Origin: an uncultured bacterium
GTDB lineage: Bacteria > Babelota > Babeliae > Babelales > Babelaceae
DNA length: 64,000 nucleotides
Reading direction: 5' to 3'
Assembly (NCBI GenBank): GCA_963713855.1
Contig: OY970209.1
Span: 1,440,001-1,504,000, forward strand
Each line of letters begins with the position of its first letter. The first letter of the stretch is position 1. Below, one piece after another: positions 52,154 to 60,900 of this stretch. A program made the position numbers and the translations under genes. Under the pieces are notes generated by a model. That model was not told the origin of the DNA, searched no databases, and saw only the letters and a list, made by a program, of their open reading frames with translations.

Positions 52154-52420
52154 ATGTTTAAAAGAGATCCTCCGGCTAGGCCAAAGGCAATTTTGACCAT
52201 TGATCAGCGTAATAAATTTGCACATTTCTTTATCTTGCTTATGACTATTGATAAGCAATTACAAAAGAAAAGCAAATCAAAAGAAATAAAGAAATCAAAA
52301 ATCAAACTAAATGACGAGACAAGCTTCACCACTAGGCGAACCTTGTTTTTCTTACTAGCTTATTTATCTTTAAGTAGTCAAAGAGCTCCCCAACCCTGCA
52401 CTTGTGAGAGAATGCTTTAA
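52154..52420 (+). CDS. Small basic hypothetical protein of the element backbone
   Basis: GAGGAA RBS and ATG conserved in both leader copies. Confidence 0.5.
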   Translation: MFKRDPPARPKAILTIDQRNKFAHFFILLMTIDKQLQKKSKSKEIKKSKIKLNDETSFTTRRTLFFLLAYLSLSSQRAPQPCTCERML

Positions 52421-52642
52421 AGAGTGCATTGTATTTGAAACGAAGCTAAGAAACATCTGACGAATGGACACCATCTTTCACTTTCTATGCTATCGATGAA
52501 AACTGCCACCAGTAATGGCAGAATTAGAAAGTAGCCTAAGCATCGCATTACCTAACCTAATTACGCAGCAGTTGCTGCGCAATTGATTAAGATTTATCCT
52601 TAGCTGAATGATTCGCAAAGAGAGGAATCGATAAAGTAATTT

Positions 52643-53760
52643 ATGATAGATACTGTCGTTTTAATACTGAGCCAAGATATGTATCATATCAGTGAGCCTG
52701 ATAAGTTTGTACCATCTGCTCGATGGATTGGCAATCCATCGCCAGCTCTTCATGGTATTTGCTCTAAGCAAAACCCCACTAAAAAAGAGCTGTTAAGTCG
52801 CATATATAAGCCACGCCTTCTCTTTCATATCACTATAACAAGGAAAGCAAACAAGAAATAACACTTAAAATTGAGCTTTCATTACCCAAACTAGTTTTTG
52901 GCAATAACTTCAATGAGCTCATGCGTAAAGACTTTACCTCAATACTACAAAAGCTAGTTTATGTGCTCAAAGAAATGGGAGTCATAGTAACCGAAGAAGT
53001 GCTCACGAAGGCGCCTGTTTCCGCTATTCATTATTCTAAGAATATTCCCTTAACTGACGGTTCTTTACCTTACCATTTCATTAACAAAGCCAAAGAAGCC
53101 AATCTTAAGTTGTCACTAGATACTAATCAAACAGATTATAGCGATGGTCATAGCTATAAATGGCATTGTAATTCCTATGAAGTTGTCTTTTACGACAAGA
53201 TCAAAGACCTTGAAATGGCTAAAAAGAGTAGTAAGCGTGCATTAGAAAAGGACAGTGATGTACAGCTCAATCTTTTCGAAGCTTTGCGTAAAAGAAAGAA
53301 GTTTGAAGTTTTACGCATAGAAGTTCGGCTTAATAAGCGCCAGAAAATGAAGCAGCTTTTTAAAGATCTTGAGATTATATCAAACCTCACTTTGAAGAGT
53401 TTGTTCAAGCCGGCTATCTCCAAAAAAGTTTTATTACATTACCTTGATGAGTTAGAAAGGAAAAGGCCGGCTTTGCTTGATTATAGAACATCAAGTGATC
53501 AAGCACTCTTAGCTGCTTTAGTTATTAATAACTCCAAGCTGAATCCGAAAGCTGTCCTTCAAATGTTCGGCCTAAAAAAAGCTTTAGAAACAGTTACAGC
53601 TCGTGAGCTGAGAATTATCTTTGCTAAACATCATTCAAGAAGCTGGAATCGCCTTATAGCTGACGTTCAGAAGCTAAAGCTCCCTATAGCACAACGTTCT
53701 TTGACAGTTCTAAGGGATTTGATCAAAACTAAGCCCTTAAGATTACCAATCTTGCGTTAA
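52643..53760 (+). pseudogene. Putative rolling-circle replication initiator (phage/plasmid gene II/X, Rep_trans-like), one frameshift
   Basis: MIDTV..., YKPRL|TLS...LKIELSLPKLVFGNNFNEL, AIHYSKNI, VFYDKIKD, LRIEVRL; 1-nt loss near 52820 joins the two ORFs. Confidence 0.7.
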
Positions 53761-53786
53761 TGTAACTTTTATATTACACTTATAGC

Positions 53787-54116
53787 ATGAGCTTGATAAA
53801 AATTATTATTTACTCTACAAACACAGGCAAAGAGCCTTATTCCGAGTGGGAAGATGGACTTGATAAGATGGCAGTAGCTATCGTTAAAAACAGATTAGAC
53901 CGGATTCGCCTTGGTAATTTTGGTGATGCTAAAATGATCAAGGAAGGAGAGGGAATTTGGGAACTGCGCATCGATTTTGGTCCAGGCTATAGGATTTATT
54001 TTGGAAAGAAGGGAAAAAAAATCATTATCTTATTAGTGGGTGGTGAAAAAAGGAGTCAAAGCCGCGATATTGAAAAAGCAAAGCGGTATTGGCTTGACTG
54101 CGAGGGGTTATTATGA
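53787..54116 (+). CDS. RelE/HigB-like addiction-module toxin
   Basis: GKEPYSEW, RLDRIRLGNFGDAK, IWELRIDFGPGYRIYF, GGEKRSQSRDIEKAK. Confidence 0.93.
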   Translation: MSLIKIIIYSTNTGKEPYSEWEDGLDKMAVAIVKNRLDRIRLGNFGDAKMIKEGEGIWELRIDFGPGYRIYFGKKGKKIIILLVGGEKRSQSRDIEKAKRYWLDCEGLL

Positions 54117-54415
54117 AAAGAAGATTTAGGGATTATCAAGAAAAACTTTACGAAGACTTAAAAGACTCAGAATTAGCTAGCGCCTATCTTAACGTAGCGC
54201 TTATGGACGAAGATCCACGCATCTTTTTACTTGCATTAAAGAATGTTTATGAGGCTCAAGGTGGAGAAATGGCTGATCTTGCTCGAAAGACAAAATTAAG
54301 TCGCGAAAATCTTTATCGCATTCTTTCGGAAAAAGGCAATCCCAAGCTCACGAGTATCGTATCTTTGCTTAATGCTGTAGGATTCTCTCTTGCCGTGCAA
54401 CCTCGTAAGAAATAA
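54113..54415 (+). CDS. HTH addiction-module antitoxin
   Basis: ATGA overlap with the toxin; LSRENLYRILSEKGNPKL. Confidence 0.93.
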   Translation: MKRRFRDYQEKLYEDLKDSELASAYLNVALMDEDPRIFLLALKNVYEAQGGEMADLARKTKLSRENLYRILSEKGNPKLTSIVSLLNAVGFSLAVQPRKK

Positions 54416-54465
54416 CCTTTGTAAGATAAACCATAAGCGTCAAAAAACAGATTTTAGTTTTTAAA

Positions 54466-54837
54466 TTATTTACAGAATAAGTTATCAAGATAGTTGTTAA
54501 CCTCTTTCAACCCACTTACTAAGGATGAAGGCAAAAGCTTTTTAGCAGCTTCTCGGCTCATGCCAGCTTTACTTATTCCTTCAAAATGTAAATGTTCTAG
54601 GTAGGACACATAGAAAGCATTTTTCAATTCTGGGTCGGCAATTCTAAAGAAACGATCAGCTATTTTGAAGTATTTTTTTAATAACTCAAAATTGCTCGAA
54701 TCAATTGCTTTTTGTGTAGCGTTAGCAAAGCGAGACATTTCGAGATGGCATAATCCAGCAATTGTTTTATCTTGGAGCTCATGTTGTAATTCAGGGAATT
54801 CATGAGATAGCAATTCGAAAAAATCTCTACAAGTCAT
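54466..54837 (-). CDS. Probable orphan immunity protein
   Basis: EFPEL..HLEMSRFA..ELKNAFYVSYLEHL pattern; no toxin adjacent. Confidence 0.6.
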   Translation of the reverse strand: MTCRDFFELLSHEFPELQHELQDKTIAGLCHLEMSRFANATQKAIDSSNFELLKKYFKIADRFFRIADPELKNAFYVSYLEHLHFEGISKAGMSREAAKKLLPSSLVSGLKEVNNYLDNLFCK

Positions 54838-55036
54838 CTTTTATACCTTTTCATAGTAGGCAGTCTTAAGTTCATTTTATTGCTTGATGAATTTTAACAC
54901 AAAAGTTCAAGATGGCTTAGAAAGCCCAAGGTCGTTTATAATTGAAAGAAGGATGGGATTATTAAGTTCATGGTAGCAATATGCTTCAAAGTATTCTTTA
55001 ATAAGTGTTATTTCTTGAGGATCCCATGCCAGCCAT

Positions 55037-55339
55037 TCAGCCTTGATAAAGAGCAACTTTAAGACAACAAAGAAGAGTTATTCTTGAAGCGAAGCCATTC
55101 TGGGATGCTAACTCAAGCACACGAGGCAAAAGTCGAGCTAAATTAGATTTTGATCCAGATGTGGTCATCCCATCTTTCAGGAAAACTGAAACATCCCAAT
55201 AATTAAGCGATTTTAGATCTAGAGCATTCAGATTATCTAGCGTATCCTGGTCAATGCAGCATGGACAGACATTTTCGATAAGAATTTGTGGATAGATACT
55301 AAAAATCAGATAAGCTTTTTCAAAATCAAAATACAGCAT
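55037..55339 (-). pseudogene. Hypothetical, immunity-like protein, frameshifted (continues toward ~54900 in another frame)
   Basis: CPCC..., MTTSG..NL..LLPRVLEL; after the shift AEWLAWDPQEITLIKEYF. Confidence 0.5.
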
Positions 55340-55435
55340 GATTTTTGGTCTTTGGCGTTTATTGACATTAAGATTTAAGATGTAGCGCTTTACTTGAAAA
55401 TATCAAGCTCAAAACAGAAATAAAAGAGACTAAAT

Positions 55436-56893
55436 ATGAAAGCCATACTTATCGCTCGCGTGAGCACAGAAGAACAAAAAGAAGCAGGTAATTCTTTACC
55501 AGCTCAAATTTCACGCCTTAAAAGCTATTGTGAAAGTAGAGATTTTGAGGTTATACGTACTTGTAGCTTTGATGAAAGTGCTTACTCTAATGACCGTTCT
55601 GAGTTTGACCGTATTATTGATTTTATCTTAAAGCAAAAAGAAAGGGTTGCTGTCTGCGCTGATAAAGTTGATAGGCTTTCGCGTAATGTCTTTGATAAAC
55701 GCATCTCTGTTTTATATGAAAAAGCACTGAGCGATGAAATAGAACTGCATTTTGTATCGGATGGTCAGGTTATTAATAGCCGTATATCAGCCGTTGAGAA
55801 GTTTCAGTTTAGTATTAGCTTAGGCCTTGCCAAGTATTATTCTGATGCCATAAGCGATAACGTTAAAGCGTGCCCACGAACAAAAGCTACGTAAAGGTGA
55901 ATGGCTTGCTAAAGCGCCTTATGGTTATAGAAATGTAAAGAATGCGAATGGCAATACTGACATTATCATTGACGATTATGCTTCTCAAATCGTTAAAAAG
56001 ACGTTTGAATTGTATGCGACTGGCTCTTATTCAATGGAATTGCTCTGTAAAAAGCTTAAGAATGATTATGGCCTTGAGTGGCCAAAAGGCTATTTAGGTA
56101 AACTCCTTGATAATCCTTTTTACTACGGCGTTATGGTCATCAAAGGGAAGGAATATCCTCATCGATACCCAACTGTTATTACCCAAGCTCTTTTTGAGGA
56201 AGTACAGAGCATCAAAGAGGGATTTAAGAAACAGCCTTTTAAGTACGCAGGTAAGCCATACGTCTATCGAGGTCTTTTACGTTGTGGCCACTGCGGATTA
56301 GCCATAACACCGGAAAAGCATAAAGGATTCGTATATTACCATTGCACGCAGTATAAAGGTAAGCACGGAGCAAAATGGCTTCGGGAAGAGGAAATCACGC
56401 GCCAATTAGTAAAGTTTTTAGGAATCTTCAAATACCAGAGTACATCCTAACAGAAATTACTCATACGCTCGATACTCTTCATAAGGATAAAATAGATTTT
56501 CATAACAAAGAGTTCGATAAGCTTACTACTGAACAGAAAACACTTACTAAGATGATTGATAATCTTTATATAGATAAACTCAAGGGGAGAATTACTGAGA
56601 GCGACTATGACAGATTTTACCAGTCTCTTAAAGATCAAAGCATTGATATTACTATTAGACTTGAGCAACTTCAAGAGGCTGAAGATAACTACTACCTTAC
56701 AGCAAAATGCCTTCTGGGTTTGGCTAATCGAGCATTATGAATTTTTACGAGTTCTGAAGTTGAAGAAAAACGGCAGGTTATGAAACTTGTACTATCGAAC
56801 GTCAGGATAGAAGCTGGAAAAGTGCTCTACGACGTTCAATCACCATTTGATTTCATCCTAAAATGTTCGGATCGTCAACTATGGCGGGGCTAA
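55436..56893 (+). pseudogene. Large serine recombinase (resolvase + recombinase + Zn-ribbon + coiled coil), with indels
   Basis: ARVSTEEQ, DKVDRLSRN, APYGY, NPFYYG, LLRCGHCG, YYHC. Indels near 55866, 56407 and 56735-56746. Ends ...KCSDRQLWRG* with the stop (56891-56893) inside the tRNA antisense. Confidence 0.93.
56856..56887 (+). repeat. attR-like junction: recombinase arm + tRNA-Asp 3' end
   Basis: TCCTAAAATGTTCGGATCGTCAACTA-TG-GCGG; left arm identical to R1 and R3. Confidence 0.9.
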
Positions 56894-56958
56894 CGAGACT
56901 CGAACTCGCGACCTTCCGCGTGACAGGCGGACGCTCTAACCAACTGAGCTATAGCCCC
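56882..56958 (-). tRNA. tRNA-Asp(GTC)
   Basis: GGGGCTATAGCTCAGTTGGTTAGAGCGTCCGCCT-GTC-ACGCGGAAGGTCGCGAGTTCGAGTCTCGTTAGCCCCGCCA. Confidence 0.97.
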
Positions 56959-57000
56959 TTAAGAAATTTTTGGCTTGCCATACAAGGCCTCGGCGTAGTA

Positions 57001-57074
57001 TGGCTCCCCGGGCTGGATTCGAACCAGCGACCTCCGATTAACAGTCGGGCGCTCTACCACTGAGCTACCGAGGA
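57001..57074 (-). tRNA. tRNA-Asn(GTT)
   Basis: TCCTCGGTAGCTCAGTGGTAGAGCGCCCGACT-GTT-AATCGG...GTTCGAATCC..GGGGAGCCA. Confidence 0.97.
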
Positions 57075-57088
57075 AAACAGAATTCTTC

Positions 57089-57164
57089 TGGTGGGCGGTG
57101 CAGGACTCGAACCTGCGACCCCCAGTTTGTAAGACTGATGCTCTACCAGCTGAGCTAACCGCCC
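57089..57164 (-). tRNA. tRNA-Val(TAC)
   Basis: GGGCGGTTAGCTCAGCTGGTAGAGCATCAGTCT-TAC-AAACTGG...GTTCGAGTCCTGCACCGCCCACCA. Confidence 0.97.
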
Positions 57165-57308
57165 AGACTCTTGTATCTAACCATAAAGTATATCTAATTT
57201 GTTGCTAACAGTCTAATGAAAGAACCCTAAAAAGTCAAAAAAAACATCGCTTAAAAAAGGGTATACTAAGGAAGATCCAGCATCTCATTTTACCTGAAAG
57301 GACACTGT

Positions 57309-58211
57309 ATGTCTCGCCTCGCGACGTATCTTAAAAACCTCTTGCTAGTCGTTCTTCTGATATCATTTATACGACCTCTTATAAGAGGCATATGGGGACA
57401 GTATAGCAGCCTTGTGGAGCATAAAACCAAAATTGGGGTTGTGGAGATAGACGGAACTATTGCTAATGGCTCAGCCTACGTACCACATTTAAGAAATTTC
57501 TTTAAGGACCCTGAAATTAAAGGACTCGTACTTAAAATAGATTCACCCGGGGGTTCGTCAGGTTCTGCTCAAGCTGTTTTTCAAGAAATTAGCGATCTTA
57601 AAAAGCAGTACAATAAACCAATCATAGCCTTCTGCGAAAATATATGTACATCTGCAGCATACTATATAGCTTGCGCCACAGACTACATCATTACCCAGCC
57701 GTCAACGCTTGTCGGCAATATCGGGGTCTACCTTGCCTATCCTAACTTTCAAGATCTTCTTAAACAGTTACAGGTAAAATACACTGTCATCGAGACCGGA
57801 GACTATAAAACGGGAGGCCTCTACTTTAAAGACCTTACACCGGCTCAACAAGCCATGTACCAATCAATCACCGATGACACTTATAAGCAGTTTGTCTACG
57901 ACGTGTCGCAGCGACGCCCTAAAGTTGCCTCCAAAGACCCTAAAGAATGGGCGGATGGGAAGACATTCACAGGAAAACAGGGCTTAGAAATCGGACTTGT
58001 CGATGATCTTGGAGCCCAGGCCCTACTTGAAAAAGCTCTACGTGATCGCATCGCAGTAGAGGGCGATATTGAATGGGTACATATACCAAAGCCAAGCATG
58101 TTTTCAAAATTATTTGGCACAGAAGAAAATAATAACGGAGAGACATTTATGGCCGCGATTGGTAGTAAACTTATGAATACTTTTTTTGCCCTAAAGCCAG
58201 TGCAATTATAA
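57309..58211 (+). CDS. sppA: Signal peptide peptidase SppA (S49)
   Basis: LKIDSPGG, TSAAYYIA, VGNIGV, TGDYK, ADGKTFTG..GLVD. Confidence 0.93.
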   Translation: MSRLATYLKNLLLVVLLISFIRPLIRGIWGQYSSLVEHKTKIGVVEIDGTIANGSAYVPHLRNFFKDPEIKGLVLKIDSPGGSSGSAQAVFQEISDLKKQYNKPIIAFCENICTSAAYYIACATDYIITQPSTLVGNIGVYLAYPNFQDLLKQLQVKYTVIETGDYKTGGLYFKDLTPAQQAMYQSITDDTYKQFVYDVSQRRPKVASKDPKEWADGKTFTGKQGLEIGLVDDLGAQALLEKALRDRIAVEGDIEWVHIPKPSMFSKLFGTEENNNGETFMAAIGSKLMNTFFALKPVQL

Positions 58212-58219
58212 CGCCAAAG

Positions 58220-59086
58220 CTACTTCTTCTTGGCATTATTTTGAGCACCAGCACCGTATTCAGCTCCCCGAGCTAGAACCAGGCAATAAGGAATTTCTCT
58301 AAAATTAACGAGCGGCGACAGAACTAAGACCTGCTGAAAGTGCTCTTCGCTAAAATCTTTAATGCTGCCCAGACCAAACCCCTTGGGAAAGACTTTTCCC
58401 TGGCCACTAGAAAGCACAAGGTTCCCCTTTTTAACTCGTTTTTGCAAGGCTCCTTCATGTTCAGAAAGATGGGGTAACTGTAGTCTTGTTTTCATATAAT
58501 CAAGTGTACCACAGCCCTCATTCATACCCTCATCATATGAGCCTTCACATAAGGCTGCAACCTTGCAGCTTGGGTCAGTAATAAGAACAATACGGCTATA
58601 TGATGGGTATACTTCACTTACGCGACCTAAAAGGCAATTTTTATACACTGCGACCATGTTTGTTGTGATGCCACGATTGTGTCCCGCATCGATAAGAAAA
58701 AAGTGGGAGTGTGGCGAAAATTGCTTTAAAATAACTTGAGCAATAACACCATTATCATACGTATATCTCTTTTTAAACTCAACCAATTCGTCAATATTTC
58801 GATACGCATCCAAGAGGCTCGTAAGCTCTATATTTTCCTTGATGATTTCCTCACGTTCTCTCGAGTACCGCTCACACAAGCTTGTAAGATCTTTATGGCT
58901 CTTAAAAAAGAAACATGCCTTATCGACGCAATCAACGCAGTAGTGCTGAAGAGCAATAAAAGGGTATACCATGCGCGAAAGTAAAGAATCAACAGTACCA
59001 ATTTTAACCTGCGCCCCCCAAGAAAAGGCATAAAGAGAAGCCGCTATAAGAAACACTCGGATAAAATGGGTAGCCAGAATTTTCAT
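58220..59086 (-). CDS. mreC: Rod shape-determining protein MreC
   Basis: Coiled coil, AQVI, IDAG..GI, LLGRVSEV..SRIVLITD, SSGQGKVFPKG. Confidence 0.88.
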   Translation of the reverse strand: MKILATHFIRVFLIAASLYAFSWGAQVKIGTVDSLLSRMVYPFIALQHYCVDCVDKACFFFKSHKDLTSLCERYSREREEIIKENIELTSLLDAYRNIDELVEFKKRYTYDNGVIAQVILKQFSPHSHFFLIDAGHNRGITTNMVAVYKNCLLGRVSEVYPSYSRIVLITDPSCKVAALCEGSYDEGMNEGCGTLDYMKTRLQLPHLSEHEGALQKRVKKGNLVLSSGQGKVFPKGFGLGSIKDFSEEHFQQVLVLSPLVNFREIPYCLVLARGAEYGAGAQNNAKKK

Positions 59087-59358
59087 TTTAAAAGTCTTAA
59101 CTAAATGAGCCTTACTATGAGTAGCATACTGACTTATTTTTCCACTTGCAAACATGCTCGTTTCCCTTGCTTCTTTTTTTAGTATACTTTTCGACAATGA
59201 AGATCTGCTTCAAGAAAAAATTTGATTTAAGAAAATTCTTTCTCTGGGTACTCAAAATTTGCTAAAGTACTACTATAGATAAATAACACAAAATCACGAG
59301 GCAAATTATTACAAACATAAAGAATAGATTTTAGTTAGGATTATAGTTTACTAAAAAG

Positions 59359-60756
59359 GTGCTTATGGTCCGTAAAGACAATCCCAAATTTATTATTCTG
59401 GATACAAATGTTTTTGTAGAAAACCCCGAAGCTCTCTTAGGATTTGAAAACGATCAGATAGTAATACCGATCGTTGTCCTTGAAGAGCTTGACCGCCTAA
59501 AAACTGAGTCTTCATTTAGAGGAAGGAATGCGCGAGAAGCTATACGCGCGCTTGACGCTCTTCGGAGTGAGGGTTCTTTAAAAGATGGGGTGCGCTTAAG
59601 TAATGGAAGCGTGGTAAAAGTTACTTTACCGCCTTCGGACCACTTCTTCCAAAAAGAGATTCTGGAAAGGACTGCGGACAATGAGATACTCAACATAGCA
59701 AAGTCCATGCAAGAACAGGGCGCAACGGTAGAGCTTATTTCAAAAGACATTAACTTGCGCGTGAAAGCGGACGCTTTAGGTATTCCAGCGCATGACTACA
59801 GAGCAAATCTCGTAAATGAAGCAACTATTTATCGCGGTTGGCGAATACTCGAAACTTCAGCTTTCCAACTAAAAAAAGAAAACCCTGAGATTTTGCTAGA
59901 AACGCATAAGGAGCATCCGTTCACCGTTAATGAGTTTGCCCTCGTACAAAGTATGCACAATGCGTTCAACGCTCGAGCATTCATATACAAAGGTGGAGAC
60001 CGGTTTCAAGCAGTGCAAGTACCTGATCTTAAATGGTCTTTACAGCCACGAAATATTCAACAAAGAATCGCTCTTGATCTCCTTTTTGATGAGACTATTA
60101 AGCTCATAACACTCGTAGGCTCGGCTGGTACAGGTAAAACCTTTTTAGCACTCGTAGCTGCGTTACACGAGGTGTTAGTGCATGAAAATTATGAAAAGGT
60201 ACTGATTACAAGACCTGTCATTCCGTTAGGCCCTGACATTGGGTACTTACCAGGCGATGTACGCGAAAAACTCTTTACCTGGATGCAACCCATATACGAC
60301 AACATGGACTTCATAGTACACGCCTCCCATACCACTCAAAAGCACCTCGGGCTCTATAAAGAAGAACAAGCCGATAGAAGCAAATACAAAAAAAGAAAGC
60401 TATCAAGAGAAGCTAATTTACCTACGCTTGATGAACTCATAGCAAGACACAAAATAAGCCTTGAAGCAATCACCTATATGCGCGGTAGATCCATACCGTA
60501 TCAGTTTATAATCATCGATGAAGCTCAAAATTTAACGCCACACGAAGTAAAAACTCTCATTAGCCGCGTTGGTGAAGGAAGCAAAGTCGTATTAACTGGT
60601 GACCCATATCAGATTGACGCACCACACTTAGACTTTAGCAACAACGGACTCGTAATTACAACCGAGCGCTTTAAAGGTCAATCCATATTTGGAACAGTGT
60701 TTCTGGAAACAACGGAACGAAGCGAACTCAGTAGACTTGCAGCAACACTTTTATAG
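59359..60756 (+). CDS. PhoH2 (PIN + PhoH ATPase)
   Basis: ILDTNV, VLEELD, SKDINLRVKA, GSAGTGKT, GYLPG, YMRGRS, DEAQN, GDPYQID. Confidence 0.93.
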   Translation: MLMVRKDNPKFIILDTNVFVENPEALLGFENDQIVIPIVVLEELDRLKTESSFRGRNAREAIRALDALRSEGSLKDGVRLSNGSVVKVTLPPSDHFFQKEILERTADNEILNIAKSMQEQGATVELISKDINLRVKADALGIPAHDYRANLVNEATIYRGWRILETSAFQLKKENPEILLETHKEHPFTVNEFALVQSMHNAFNARAFIYKGGDRFQAVQVPDLKWSLQPRNIQQRIALDLLFDETIKLITLVGSAGTGKTFLALVAALHEVLVHENYEKVLITRPVIPLGPDIGYLPGDVREKLFTWMQPIYDNMDFIVHASHTTQKHLGLYKEEQADRSKYKKRKLSREANLPTLDELIARHKISLEAITYMRGRSIPYQFIIIDEAQNLTPHEVKTLISRVGEGSKVVLTGDPYQIDAPHLDFSNNGLVITTERFKGQSIFGTVFLETTERSELSRLAATLL

Positions 60757-60767
60757 CATGAAATAGT

Positions 60768-60802
60768 GAGCACGAGAGCTTTTTGACAGAACTCTCGTGC
60801 TC
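60768..60802 (+). terminator. Hairpin after PhoH2
   Basis: GAGCACGAGAG / CTCTCGTGCTC 11-bp stem; weak U-tract. Confidence 0.55.
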
Positions 60803-60900
60803 GTCTTCACCTGAACGAATAAAACTATACTTTTTCTTTTACATGTGCCATAAAAAAAAAGAATAATTAACAGAATTGTTTATTATTCGGAGGCACATCT

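Larger units (their letters stand above)
30132..56887 (+). mobile_element. tRNA-Asp-anchored cassette array / composite island bounded by serine-recombinase att-like repeats
   Basis: 11 direct repeats, three copies of the recombinase 3' end, TA/toxin cargo; ends at the tRNA CCA. Left boundary may lie further left. Confidence 0.88.

Noticed and set aside
50721..56883. Prophage (inovirus) call
   Set aside because: Rep-like gene present, but no Zot/pI ATPase, coat or other virion genes.
30158..56887. Classical integron
   Set aside because: No tyrosine integrase, no GTTRRRY/RYYYAAC attC ends, and cassette genes lie in both orientations, several with their own promoter-like sequences.
56863..57063. 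66-aa ORF
   Set aside because: Antisense to tRNA-Asp and tRNA-Asn.
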